Below are positions 1-10,021 of a stretch of DNA of 64,000 bases, piece by piece. How positions within the stretch are numbered: position 1 is the first letter of the stretch; every line of letters begins with the position of its first letter. This stretch comes from a bacterium (GTDB lineage Bacteria; Bacteroidota; Ignavibacteria; UBA10030): contig JAZDJN010000061.1 of assembly GCA_043803945.1 (NCBI GenBank), positions 32,001 to 96,000 on the forward strand, read 5' to 3'. A model generated the notes under the pieces. The model searched no databases. It saw only the letters and a program-made list of their open reading frames with translations, and was not told the DNA's origin. The position numbers were made by a program, and so were the translations under genes.

Positions 1-302
1 TCCATGAAGAGACGCCCTAATCGATAACCACCGACAAGGAATCCATCTTCATAGTTCACGGTTTTGCCGCTTCCCTTTGGATACTCCATTGCTCCATTAT
101 CGGCGATGGGACTTAATGACCCGACGCCGTCACCTTGATAAACATTGAATAATTTATTGATCGTGAAGCATTTCCACGATTTTAAATCAAGAGTCTTATT
201 TAGTCTCTTTTGATCACCCTTCGGACCTTCGGCTGCACTCGCCAAACCAAAAGCGAGTAGAAGCGTAACGATCACCAAGAGTCTGGTAATTGGCTTTGTC
301 AT
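1..302 (-). CDS. Secreted protein, partial (5' part only); typical partner gene downstream of a TonB-dependent receptor
   Basis: Not in the ORF track. ATG at 302 follows an AGGAG RBS. Reads MTKPITRLLVIVTLLLAFGLASAAEG...MEYPKGSGKTVNYEDGFLVGG (signal peptide) and stays open to the window edge. Confidence 0.6.
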   Translation of the reverse strand, partial: MTKPITRLLVIVTLLLAFGLASAAEGPKGDQKRLNKTLDLKSWKCFTINKLFNVYQGDGVGSLSPIADNGAMEYPKGSGKTVNYEDGFLVGGYRLGRLFM

Positions 303-321
303 TTGCTAGCCTCCTATTAGA

Positions 322-3312
322 TTAATATTCTAATTTTACACCAATGATGATCGTTCGCGGAGCTTGAATTAGGCCACCGCCGCCGCCTGGTGTTCTAAAC
401 CATTCCTGAATCGCTTTCCAACGATCGGCATCCTTACCGCGTGCTGCATAGGCACTCTCGAACTCCGGACTGGTAAAATATCCATCCTGATACACATCGC
501 CAGTGTGATTGTAAACACTGGTGGCCATTTTGGAATTCGGAATGTTGTTCATACGGATATAGACGTTCGCATTAAGAGTTCCTAATTGGAACGTCTTGTC
601 GATACGGCCATCCAACTGCATGAACCATGGGGTCATCGAAGCGCCAACCTCTTCCAGTGGGAAAATATTTCGACCGTCAACAAACTTGTTCTCTTCCCGT
701 GTATAGTTGGTTCCGCTCCGGAATGTGAACAGAAGGTTGAGTCCCATTTGTTCGAAAATCGGCCCGCCATCATTTCGTCCGAAACGATAATCGAGCATAA
801 TGTTGCCGCGATGAGGATTATTAAACGATGTCGGCAGAATATATTTTGGGATAAACGGAGCGCTACCGACTGAACCGCCATAGAGCAATGCTTTACCATT
901 GCTGCTCATACCGGTTGCCTTTGAATCGGAAAGTGTATAGTTCGCATTGACCTGAACACGATTCGTTCTGCGTAAGGTGAATTTGAGCTCCAAACCCTTG
1001 GTCGTGGCAAAGTCACCATTGGTGAGCAGAGGAATCGGACCGGCAGCATCGGAACCAGTCGTCGGCAGGAAGTAACGATATTCAACCTGATCGATGATGT
1101 TCTTGTAGAATGCCGTAATATCGAACGAGGCATTATCAGAGAACTGCTGCGCAAAACCGAGCTCGTACTGTGTCGATTTCTGTGGCTTTAATCCGAATCC
1201 GTACGTGGAGCTATAGAAGAATTGACCACGCAGCAATCCGGAGAGAGCAACCTGTGAGGCAACCTCACTTCCAAGTGAACCCTGACCGACGAACTTTCCG
1301 AATTGAGCATGGAAAACCGTACGATCGGTAACCGGGAAGCTGAACCCAAAGCGGGGTTGGATATATCCCTTGGCTTCGGCTTCGGCGAAATTATTCGCTC
1401 GAACGGCGCTGTATTCCGAACTGAACTTAATCATGGACGGATCTATCAGCGGGCGAATATCGGTGGCAATATAATCGTACCGCATACCAATATTCATTAC
1501 GATGTCGCGTAATTCAATCTTCGTTTGAATATAACCGGCTCCGTACGCTGGTTGGATTGGTTTTGGTGCAACTTCAACCACATTTCCCTGCGCATCGGTA
1601 ACGTTAAGAGCATCTTCCCGTTCATTGCCGTACAGATCGTAGCCAATGATATTGCTGCCAGCGATAAGCTGCTTCTCAAAATCTGCTTTGTTTGGATATC
1701 TCTTATTCAGAGCAGCCCAGTTTTGAAGAGAGGGAGGAGAATAGTTGCGGTACTTCGATACCTGGTATTCACCGCCAACTTTTACCTCAATCTCATTTGT
1801 CAATTGGGTGGTAAAGTCTACCTTACCGCCAAATGCAAACTTCGCGTTTTTGTTATATCCATTTGTTGGTCCGGTTCCCGGAGGTGCGATAGCAGTCAAA
1901 CCTGCGGTCTGATCGTTTCGATCGCCCAGCGCCGGTGTCCAGAAACTGGTGGTTGTTCCATCAGCGCGATATTGCACTTTTCGTTGATTCCAGTTTGCCG
2001 CGGAGTCGCCATAGAGATAGAAATTATCCTTGAAGATTGGATCCTGCGAAGTGCTATTGCTGCCATAGAAGCTTCCGCTCACCTCAAGGAAGGTTTTTGC
2101 ATCGATGAATTGTGTAATTTTCAGATCGGCGAAATAGTTTTGGGATGTACCTTCTGCCGTCAGGTCTGGATTCCAATTCTTCGTGTCATATCCAATTCCA
2201 TTCTTGGTGCTTTGCGTGTACATCGAACCGCCAAACCGAACCTGTGTCGATTTGAGATCCCACGTCACGGTACCGACAACGTTGAGGTTTAAATTTTTAC
2301 CCGGGATGCCGCCGCGCAATGGGCCGGCTCCATACTTATATCCCTTTATTGTATCCTGAAGAGCTGTCATTGGATGCTGGGGTGTATATGCAGCCATCGT
2401 CACAAAATCGCCCCATTCCTTCGGTTCGTTCCAAGTCGGATCACTCCCATACAGCGTGCGCTGGTTTTGGGCGCTGATGAACGCGCGGAGGTTATCCATA
2501 AATAACGGACCGCCGGCTGTCAACACAGCAGTATGATAACCGGTGGAGTACGTTCCAAATTGTTTTTGATCCTGACCGGCCCACCGATCAGTTTCCGCTA
2601 ATATTCCAAACCGCCATGATTCACTGCCGGAACGGAGTTGTTGACGAATCAAGCCTGCGTTGGCGCCGCCGAACTCAGCAGAGTATCCGCCCGTCATGAC
2701 TTGTACTTCCTCAACTGCTTCTGCAATGATCGTCACTGCGTTATTCCCGGTAAACGGATCGCGAACTGAAACACCTTCAAGCGCCCAGCCGGTTTCATCT
2801 AATCGGCTACCTCGAATGTAGTATGTTCCCGACGTGCTTCCCGCTACCAAACCGGGCTGCAATGCAATCGCCGCATTGATACCGCGTGAGGGTAATCGAT
2901 CGAATAATGTTTGATCGATAACGCGAACGGAGCTTGTCGCACTCTTATTGACCAACGGGCGTTCTGCAATAATCTCGACACCCTGCAAATCGACGCCGGT
3001 TGAAGTCAACTCGAAATTCCGTTCCGTTGTCAACGCCGAACTGACGATGATATTACGTACCGTTGTACTCTGGTACCCTACATAACTCGCTTTTAAAGCG
3101 TAGGTTCCAGCCGGAACATTGAGGATAAGATACTCACCGTTCACATCGGATACTGCGCCCATTGTCGTTCCTTCCACAACAACGTTGGCCCCGATGAGCG
3201 GGTCTTTTGATTTTACATCCACTACCGTTCCGCGGACCTTTCCTGATTGCGAAAAGAGAATCCCAGGAACAAGTAACAACAGGAGTAAAGCATACCAATG
3301 TTTTGGTTGCAT
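322..3312 (-). CDS. TonB-dependent receptor with N-terminal carboxypeptidase-regulatory-like domain
   Basis: Signal peptide MQPKHW..., then GKVRGTVVD..DPLIGANV, plug motif YIRGSR / GGYSAEFGGA and C-terminal PRTIIIGVKLEY. Start moved from 3462 to 3312, which has an AAGGAGGT RBS and the signal peptide directly after it. Confidence 0.9.
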   Translation of the reverse strand: MQPKHWYALLLLLLVPGILFSQSGKVRGTVVDVKSKDPLIGANVVVEGTTMGAVSDVNGEYLILNVPAGTYALKASYVGYQSTTVRNIIVSSALTTERNFELTSTGVDLQGVEIIAERPLVNKSATSSVRVIDQTLFDRLPSRGINAAIALQPGLVAGSTSGTYYIRGSRLDETGWALEGVSVRDPFTGNNAVTIIAEAVEEVQVMTGGYSAEFGGANAGLIRQQLRSGSESWRFGILAETDRWAGQDQKQFGTYSTGYHTAVLTAGGPLFMDNLRAFISAQNQRTLYGSDPTWNEPKEWGDFVTMAAYTPQHPMTALQDTIKGYKYGAGPLRGGIPGKNLNLNVVGTVTWDLKSTQVRFGGSMYTQSTKNGIGYDTKNWNPDLTAEGTSQNYFADLKITQFIDAKTFLEVSGSFYGSNSTSQDPIFKDNFYLYGDSAANWNQRKVQYRADGTTTSFWTPALGDRNDQTAGLTAIAPPGTGPTNGYNKNAKFAFGGKVDFTTQLTNEIEVKVGGEYQVSKYRNYSPPSLQNWAALNKRYPNKADFEKQLIAGSNIIGYDLYGNEREDALNVTDAQGNVVEVAPKPIQPAYGAGYIQTKIELRDIVMNIGMRYDYIATDIRPLIDPSMIKFSSEYSAVRANNFAEAEAKGYIQPRFGFSFPVTDRTVFHAQFGKFVGQGSLGSEVASQVALSGLLRGQFFYSSTYGFGLKPQKSTQYELGFAQQFSDNASFDITAFYKNIIDQVEYRYFLPTTGSDAAGPIPLLTNGDFATTKGLELKFTLRRTNRVQVNANYTLSDSKATGMSSNGKALLYGGSVGSAPFIPKYILPTSFNNPHRGNIMLDYRFGRNDGGPIFEQMGLNLLFTFRSGTNYTREENKFVDGRNIFPLEEVGASMTPWFMQLDGRIDKTFQLGTLNANVYIRMNNIPNSKMATSVYNHTGDVYQDGYFTSPEFESAYAARGKDADRWKAIQEWFRTPGGGGGLIQAPRTIIIGVKLEY

Positions 3313-3426
3313 AGAAGATACCTCCTTCATGTGGGAGTTTGTGTTAAATGAATTGAGGTTTGAATTATATAGCCCAAGGTTTTTTACAAACCGCCGCCCG
3401 GGCATGGTGAGAAAAGTATTGGCAAA

Positions 3427-3485
3427 TAGTCCCGCCCCCATGAGCGAAGAACAACGGCCCATAAGGGACTAGCTTCACCTCCTTC
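3427..3485 (-). promoter_or_regulatory. Leader hairpin sequestering an upstream in-frame AUG, preceded by a perfect SD sequence
   Basis: Minus-strand RNA: AAGGAGGUGA, then UAGUCCC-UUAUGGGC...GCUCAUGG-GGGC-GGGACUA stem. The inner stem depends on G-U pairs that form only on this strand. Confidence 0.35.
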
Positions 3486-3529
3486 TTTAGGTGTTATAAC
3501 CGATTAAGCTCTAGCCCAATTGCTGAAAG

Positions 3530-3558
3530 AATATAACCGACACTCCACACTTTGTCAA
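3530..3558 (-). promoter_or_regulatory. Sigma70-type promoter for the TonB receptor operon
   Basis: TTGACA (3558-3553), 17 nt, TATATT (3535-3530) on the minus strand. Confidence 0.6.
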
Positions 3559-3943
3559 GCGTTTTTTCCTGAAAGCTTAGATTGATTTGGGAAGGAGGGT
3601 AAATGGTTCAATTCTTCCCTATTCGGTTGAGAATGAGGGAACCGCCACTCTCGCTTAAATTCAACCAATCGCACTCCATGCTCTATAGTAATTGGCACAA
3701 CGAGTAATCCTGGAATGACCTCGATTCAAGGCAGGATAAGTAGTCAGTGAGCTTGGAATGCTTACCCGCCATCCTTCGCGCTTTTTGCGCCCGCTGTCTT
3801 TTGGGTGGATTGGCGGGATTCTATTCAAGGACTGATAAATGGAATTAATGGTTCTTCAATCTACTTCCACTCTCCGCATGATAGATGCTGATTAGAATCA
3901 TATCAGCAACACTAGTAGTTTATCGCCGCATAATAGAACACTG

Positions 3944-4009
3944 AACACCCAGAACAAACACAGATCATCACAGATCAATGAATATTTGTGTCCTCTGTGT
4001 AATCTGTGG
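3944..4009. repeat. REP-like inverted repeat built from ACACAGAT units
   Basis: aaacacagatcatcacagat ... atttgtgtcctctgtgtaatctgtggt directly after the stop of the 4010 gene. Confidence 0.5.
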
Positions 4010-6538
4010 TCAAAACTCCATCCGCACACCGAGCCGTACTCTTCGCAATTCGTAGTATGCACTCGGATCGCCTAACTCGCCGCCAATGCGACCGTTCGAG
4101 TCGACCCAGCGAATGTTCTTAGAGTTGAACAGGTTCCGGATATCGATAAAGAGAGAAAGCGAAGAGGTGATGGGGCTTCCTAACTGAAACTCCCTCCTCA
4201 ACTTCAAATCGACAGTCGAGGCATCTTTCATTCTGCTGTTATTCGGAGTGAAGAGAATAGAGGGATCTGCCGCGTTGAAGCCGTCGCGTGTTGGATAGTA
4301 CGTGTACGGCCGTGCTGAATTATACTGAGCGATGAGATTTGCTTGAACGTCCAGCGGCAGATTCATGTCCGCATCCAACTTCACGGTATGCCTTTGATCC
4401 CAACTCAACGGATACGGCCGCGCCACCAGCGGAAATCCCCATTGGGCAAGATTCATATTTTGGTTGACATACTCACCTAAACCTTCCGCCATCATGTAAG
4501 TATAGGAAAGTGTACCATTGAGTATTTCATTGTGTTCACGGCTCAGAAAGAACTCCACCCCGCGTGCGATCGCCGTCGCATTGTTCACGTACGTCGCAAA
4601 ACCATAATCACCGGCATACCTGCTGTCAAACGGTACGAGAGTCTTTGCATCGATCTGGTTTTTCATCTGCTTCTGGAAATATGTTACCGAGGCAACGAGG
4701 CCGTTTCTCAACGCCTGTTTGAATCCAACTTCCCATGCCATTACCCGCTCCGGCTCCAGGTCCGGATTGCCGGCCTGGACATTCTTGGCTCCGAACTTGA
4801 GCTGTGCCGGATTGATACCGGAATACAAATAGTCGAACAGGGGAAATTGAAAATACTGTCCAAAGTTCACAAAAAAGAATCCCTCTTCGCCAATCGGACC
4901 AGCGACCGAAAGCCGCGGACTGATCTGCTGTTTGAGGCTCGCTCTGGCAGTTCCAACAATTTTCTGTGAATACTCTTTTGGAGCAGTGGGGACAAACTCC
5001 ACAATCGGCCGCTCTGCGGTCGGATCGAAGAAATCCCATCGCAGGCCGAGCGTAATAATAGAGCCATCTTCTACAATCTGGATTTTATCCTGAAGGAAGA
5101 CATTGCCGGAACGCGGCTGGTAGGTGTAGGAATTGCTGAAGTTCAACGGCTCGCTGAAGAGTACCGGCTTGCCGAAGTAGTTGGTTTGCGGCTCATACTT
5201 GATCAAGTCGCCAAGCGCGTTGTATTGATTCAGTTCGAATCCGGCCTTGAACAAATGTTGAGCGAACAGTTGTGAGGTAAAGTCGCCCTTGAGGCTGTAC
5301 GTCTGTTGCTGGATATCTGCCCACCAACTTTTATTGCCCTTCACAATGTATCGAAGATAGACATCGTACTCATAAGGTGAATACGTTACATTCTCTTTTG
5401 TTCCATCGCCAAGCCGAGATTGTGTATTAAACCAACTGACACTGAGTGAATAGAAGGATGAATTGGAGATTGTGTGATTGAAGAGGAGTGCCAGCCGGGA
5501 TGATTCCTTTTTCCGCCTGGGAAGCCCATTCAAATTGAAGCGCCATGAAAACTCGTAATCGCGCCACTCCTGTAGTCCATACAATACCTGGAGCGATAAC
5601 CGCGCGAATGGCGAGAAAGCATATTCGATCTTTCCAAAGCCGCTGAATTCCTTCCGAATCGGCGACCGAAAGAACTCCTGCATCTCCTGCCACCAGCGTG
5701 TGTCTGAACGTGCAGCGGTGGCGGCAATAAATCCGAAGAGGCGGTCGGTGATCAGCGGACCGCTTCCAGTCAGCTCCACTTCCTGTGCGCGGTCGGTCTG
5801 TTTGGAAACAGCTTCCGGCAGATTCTGGTCCCGTTCATAACGAAGATTAAACTGCGGTACATCTACAGCAGATTTCGTTATAACGTTGACAACACCTGAA
5901 AGCGCGTTCCCATATTCGGCATCAAATCCTCCGGTATAAATTGTGAGGCCGGTGATGGCGCTTCGCGGCAGGCTCGCTCCTAATCCGCCGCTGATGAGGT
6001 TCTGCACAGGAAGGCCATCGACAAGGTACACCACATCGGTCACTCTTCCACCGCGGACATTTCCTTCGCGTGTCACTCCAGGCTGCAACGTTAGGACATC
6101 CCTGAATTCTGTGATGGGCATTTTTTCCAGTCTCGCCTCGGCGAAGGTAAAGGCTGTGGCGGCAAGATCGCGCTGAATGATTGGCCGTTCCGCCCTGATC
6201 TCCACCTCTTTCATTTCAACACTTGTTTCTTCCAACTCCGCATCGATGCGCGTTCTCAGGTCCGGCAGAATGGTGACCTTCTTCACCTCCTGCGCTGCAT
6301 AGCCGGTCATGCTGATGCGAACCTCATAGATACCAGCGCGGATATTGTTAATCTGGTACCGGCCGTTGACGTCCGTGACTCCGCCCTGCTTCGTGGCAAG
6401 GATGAGCACAGTCGCACCGATGAGAAGCTCTTTTGATTTTTTATCGCGGATGCGTCCTTCAAGAATTCCCGTGATGCCAAAAAATCCGGCATGGAGTTCA
6501 GTACAGCACACGACAAGGATGACGAGGAGCTTGAACAT
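4010..6538 (-). CDS. TonB-dependent receptor
   Basis: CarboxypepD-like N-terminus (ELLIGATV..GGVTDVNGRY), plug NVRGGR..YLVDG / GGFDAEYGNALSGVVN, GNPDLEPE and terminal RLGVRMEF. Confidence 0.9.
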   Translation of the reverse strand: MFKLLVILVVCCTELHAGFFGITGILEGRIRDKKSKELLIGATVLILATKQGGVTDVNGRYQINNIRAGIYEVRISMTGYAAQEVKKVTILPDLRTRIDAELEETSVEMKEVEIRAERPIIQRDLAATAFTFAEARLEKMPITEFRDVLTLQPGVTREGNVRGGRVTDVVYLVDGLPVQNLISGGLGASLPRSAITGLTIYTGGFDAEYGNALSGVVNVITKSAVDVPQFNLRYERDQNLPEAVSKQTDRAQEVELTGSGPLITDRLFGFIAATAARSDTRWWQEMQEFFRSPIRKEFSGFGKIEYAFSPFARLSLQVLYGLQEWRDYEFSWRFNLNGLPRRKKESSRLALLFNHTISNSSFYSLSVSWFNTQSRLGDGTKENVTYSPYEYDVYLRYIVKGNKSWWADIQQQTYSLKGDFTSQLFAQHLFKAGFELNQYNALGDLIKYEPQTNYFGKPVLFSEPLNFSNSYTYQPRSGNVFLQDKIQIVEDGSIITLGLRWDFFDPTAERPIVEFVPTAPKEYSQKIVGTARASLKQQISPRLSVAGPIGEEGFFFVNFGQYFQFPLFDYLYSGINPAQLKFGAKNVQAGNPDLEPERVMAWEVGFKQALRNGLVASVTYFQKQMKNQIDAKTLVPFDSRYAGDYGFATYVNNATAIARGVEFFLSREHNEILNGTLSYTYMMAEGLGEYVNQNMNLAQWGFPLVARPYPLSWDQRHTVKLDADMNLPLDVQANLIAQYNSARPYTYYPTRDGFNAADPSILFTPNNSRMKDASTVDLKLRREFQLGSPITSSLSLFIDIRNLFNSKNIRWVDSNGRIGGELGDPSAYYELRRVRLGVRMEF

Positions 6539-6544
6539 AGACTA

Positions 6545-7192
6545 TTAGTCAAAGATATTTGTGACAATCGTTATTGGCCCGCATTCGGTAACCGCTGGCG
6601 GGCACTCGACGTCGTAATAGTTCATCCAGCAGACATCGACCAGACGCTGTGTAAAGAGCAGCTCCGTTCCTGCAGTTTGAAACAGTCTGAACGACCCGCC
6701 CACAAGGAACTCCTCACGCCGGGCGATTATACGACCGGGGCACGTGCGATCAGACTGTAATTGAAACACAGAATTCCGGAGATCAATCCCTTGATCGTCG
6801 ATAAAATACCAGTCGTACGTAAACGTTGCAGTATCACCCGGATTCATGGTGACTAATCCGGATGCACGATCGTAGAGCCAGTACTCCTTCAGCATGTCCG
6901 GCGTTAGTTGAAACGATTTTTGAATCATCCGCTCGCGCGGCAGGGTAATTTTGAATGCATTTTTAAAGATTGCTTTATCCTGTAATGTTTTATCATACAC
7001 ATTGCGCAGCACGACGCGAATCCGCATGCAATTCATCTGATAGTGCGGCATGATCTTGATATAGTACCGTGCGTCCAGTGTGGCAGTGAGGACGCCTCCG
7101 GGATCATTCCGCGAAGGCATTGGTTCATCGCATGAGACACCGCAAGCGAGCAGAGCGGCAAAGAAGAAGGGTATGATCTTATTCATCACCAT
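6545..7192 (-). CDS. Hypothetical lipoprotein
   Basis: Lipobox-like N-terminus (FFAALLAC/GVSC); tightly spaced with neighbouring genes. Confidence 0.6.
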   Translation of the reverse strand: MVMNKIIPFFFAALLACGVSCDEPMPSRNDPGGVLTATLDARYYIKIMPHYQMNCMRIRVVLRNVYDKTLQDKAIFKNAFKITLPRERMIQKSFQLTPDMLKEYWLYDRASGLVTMNPGDTATFTYDWYFIDDQGIDLRNSVFQLQSDRTCPGRIIARREEFLVGGSFRLFQTAGTELLFTQRLVDVCWMNYYDVECPPAVTECGPITIVTNIFD

Positions 7193-7194
7193 GC

Positions 7195-8460
7195 TTAGCG
7201 TTCTTTTTCTGGAGAATAATCTTTTGGCAATTCATCGGCAAACCGCCTGTTGGCCCACCATCCGCGCAGCGTTAGTGTACGAGATGAAAGAATGTCGCCC
7301 CGTTCATTGACGGTGATGGATCCCGCCGGGGTGGAGATAATTGCAGTTGAGACTGGCGTTTGAATCCCCACAGAAACCGGGGTCGATTCATACTTGATCG
7401 TCACTTGATCAGTGCGCATGAGATCCCTGAAACGGCCTACACGCGTAGGCGGCAGCCGGAAGGTCTGTGTTCCTTGTGCCTGATCACCCTGAGGTTCCGA
7501 TGCAACAGGAAGATCAATAACCTGGAAGAGCGATGAAGGCCAATCTCCCAACCGCTGTTGAGGATCGATCCTTAAGAAGGGTGCATTGAAATTGACCGCG
7601 AAATACCCTCTGCGTGGATTTGGCTTAACTGTTATACTCTCTTCTTCTATTTCTTCGCCTTTCCCTCGGATAAGCTCCTGAAGTGTTCCCTTGGTCAGTC
7701 GATATCCGGTTTCGTCCAATTTTCTTTTCACAAGATTGCTCAGGAAATATCGCAGCGAGGCACGATAACTTTTTTGGCGGTTCTGCTGCCATTCTTCCCG
7801 TTGATGATCATCGCGAGCCGGCAGATCCTGGAAGAGCGCGTAGCCAACCATTTCAAAATGCCCTTTACTATAATTGGAAAGAAAGCGTTCAAGCTGCAGA
7901 GTGATTCGATAACCTAATCCATAATTTTCAATGATCAAGCTGCTGTCTGCCCGTGCATGCAAGACCATCCCGGTTGGATCTGTTGAGAATTGCAGTACTT
8001 CCGGATTCAAAATCTGACATCGGTCAATATGGCGAGATGCGCCGAACAGTTCCGCTCTAAATCTTGGAAGATATTCTTTCCATTCATCCTCGTAGGAAGC
8101 CACAACATCTACGGCATCCGCTTGAATCTCACGAGGAGACAGGGCGACATTCATTACGAGCGATGCCGAATCCGGTATTGTCATCTGTTTGACTACCCGC
8201 TCGTAGCCAACCAGACTAAACACGATTTGATATTCACCGGAAGGAATATTCTGGAGGAGATATCTTCCATCGTCACCAGATGATGCCCCCCGGGTTGTAC
8301 TTTGAAGAAAGACGTTGGCATTGAAGAGTGGTGATTTTGTAACAGAGTCGGAGACGATGCCGGAGATCGTGCTGCTTCCAGTTCGCGTCTGCGATGATGA
8401 ATGTTCAATGGCGATACAGAAAAACAGGATGAGAGATGTGAAGGTACTGAACTTCAGCAT
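7195..8460 (-). CDS. Carboxypeptidase-regulatory-like domain protein
   Basis: Signal peptide, then ISGIVSDSVTKSPLFNANVFL..GEYQIVFSLVGY and CQILNPEVL..IIENYGLGYRI; GGAGG RBS. Confidence 0.8.
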   Translation of the reverse strand: MLKFSTFTSLILFFCIAIEHSSSQTRTGSSTISGIVSDSVTKSPLFNANVFLQSTTRGASSGDDGRYLLQNIPSGEYQIVFSLVGYERVVKQMTIPDSASLVMNVALSPREIQADAVDVVASYEDEWKEYLPRFRAELFGASRHIDRCQILNPEVLQFSTDPTGMVLHARADSSLIIENYGLGYRITLQLERFLSNYSKGHFEMVGYALFQDLPARDDHQREEWQQNRQKSYRASLRYFLSNLVKRKLDETGYRLTKGTLQELIRGKGEEIEEESITVKPNPRRGYFAVNFNAPFLRIDPQQRLGDWPSSLFQVIDLPVASEPQGDQAQGTQTFRLPPTRVGRFRDLMRTDQVTIKYESTPVSVGIQTPVSTAIISTPAGSITVNERGDILSSRTLTLRGWWANRRFADELPKDYSPEKER

Positions 8461-8567
8461 GGACTTAACTCATCCTCCTCCTTTCCATCGGTCATGTTGC
8501 TCAAATATACATTCTATTCTTTTGGGATGAAGAAAAATGTGACGAATTGGAAATTGTTTTCATGTAA

Positions 8568-8757
8568 GACGGGACGCCGTCCCGTCCTACAATATTTTTA
8601 ACAGATGATCCGAATTCATTCCAGATTGATCTCTTGTTCGACGGGACGCCGTTACGTCCTACATTTTTTACTGAACACCAAAATTCATTCCAGATTGATC
8701 TCTCGTTCGACGGGACGCCGTCCCGTCCTACATTTTTTACTGAGGATCCGAATTCAT
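8568..8757 (-). repeat. Tandem REP array, 3 copies, 72/69-bp period
   Basis: Core GACGGGACGCCGTCCCGTCCTAC (minus strand: GTAG + GACGGGAC-GGC-GTCCCGTC) at 8568, 8640 and 8709, with near-identical linkers. Confidence 0.9.
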
Positions 8758-8763
8758 CGGACT

Positions 8764-9534
8764 CTATATCTCTTTAAGTATCCGCTTGGCACAATACGTC
8801 CAAGGCCACTGCTCCCAGCAGTCGACTAAACATGCCACAACAGGATTGTTTATTACATACCATATCGTTTTCTCAAGTTCATCATTATCACGGACGACAT
8901 GATCATAGCTTTCATCCTGCCAGAATGCTCCGCTTCGTCCGAGTATTTTATTCGCCCTTAGGGCAGTAAATTTCTTCAACGAACCTATGATACCTGTAAC
9001 TCCGTAGGACGTGACGCTATCCCGTCCAGTACGCTGTACATCTCCACTCTTGACCTTATGATCAGCACTACCCTTGGGATATGAAAGATCAATAGCAGGT
9101 CCCATTTTCATTATCGTTGACTCAACAAACCGACCGACAAAGTCTCTCTGAAGAGAAAAGACCATATGGACATGATTTGGCATAATACAATACGCATACA
9201 AGTCATATTCTTTGCCATCTCGAAAATGGATTGCCTCTTTAACGATTGATGTAATCTCTGGTTGACGAAGCCACTGAGGCCCGCTATTCTCTTCGTTCAG
9301 AAGAGAATCGAATCGTTTAAAATACCCGTCCTGGATTTTTCGCAAACGGATTTTTCGTTCTTCGATATTCGTTATAGATGTCGCTTCCAATGCACAGTTC
9401 TCAGGTACTCTGCGCAATTCTTCTATCACGCTTTTGGGCAATGAGCCTGCCAATCTAAATGTAACAAAGTAAGTCGCGCCTTCTGGCTGGTAATGCGGCA
9501 AATGACGACGATAATATGATTTCTGTGTACCCAT
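8764..9534 (-). mobile_element. REP-associated tyrosine transposase (RAYT; IS200/IS605 Y1 HUH family)
   Basis: RRHLPH..TYFVTFRL, HUH motif YCIMPNHVH, FWQDESYDHVVR, catalytic-Tyr helix YVINNPV and WPW; flanked by REP arrays. Confidence 0.9.
9004..9026 (+). repeat. Degenerate REP copy inside the RAYT coding sequence, inverted relative to the flanking copies
   Basis: gtaggacgtgacgctatcccgtc; its reverse complement differs from the flanking variant gacgggacgccgttacgtcctac at 4 of 23 positions. Confidence 0.7.
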
Positions 9535-9563
9535 TCTCTTATCTTTCCCAAAGCGTTATCATT

Positions 9564-9840
9564 TAGGACGGGACGCCGTCCCGTCCTACAATATTTTTAA
9601 CTGAATGCCAAAATTCATTCCAGATTGATCTCTTGTTCGACGGGACACCATTCCGTCCTACAATATTTTTAACTGAATACCAAAATTCATTCCAGGTTGA
9701 TCTCTTGTTCGACGGGACGCCGTTACGTCCTACATTTTTTACTGAGGATCCGAACTCAGTCCAGGTTGATCCCTTGTTCGACGGGACACCGTCCCGTCCT
9801 ACAATATTTTAACTGAACACCAAAATTCATTCCAGGTTGA
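9564..9840 (-). repeat. Tandem REP array, 4 copies, 72/72/69-bp period
   Basis: Same core at 9567, 9639, 9711 and 9780, with the same linker family (AATTCATTCCAGRTTGATCTCTTGTTC). Confidence 0.9.
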
Positions 9841-9966
9841 GACATTTACAATACTGTTAAGGAATCGAGTTGTTCTTTATCTAGAAGGATAGTGCAATAG
9901 CTTTTGCTGCTCTCTCTATTGCTTACGGTGACTTAAAGCAAATATAAATACTGGTTGAATAAAATC

Positions 9967-10002
9967 AAAAAAAGCCCAACGCAGCATCGCTGGTTGGGCT
10001 TT
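9967..10002 (-). terminator. Rho-independent terminator of the Kor-like operon
   Basis: AAAGCCCAAC/GTTGGGCTTT stem with inner CAGC/GCTG pairing; T7 tract on the minus strand. Confidence 0.75.
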
Positions 10003-10021
10003 GTGGAGACGACCATTATGA

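Noticed and set aside
3313-3462. 50-aa N-terminal extension of the first TonB receptor
   Set aside because: The signal peptide and a well-spaced RBS are at 3312; the upstream part is treated as leader.
9563-9810. Repeat periods (72/69) are multiples of three and frames stay open (e.g. VGRDGVPS repeats; ORF 8605-8829)
   Set aside because: No convincing start codon or RBS in the upstream array, and only two unit lengths are involved, so chance is plausible. Not called coding.
8568-9840. Regularly spaced palindromic repeats as a CRISPR array
   Set aside because: The spacers are near-identical rather than unique, no cas genes are present, and the GTAG-plus-hairpin core beside a RAYT identifies them as REPs.
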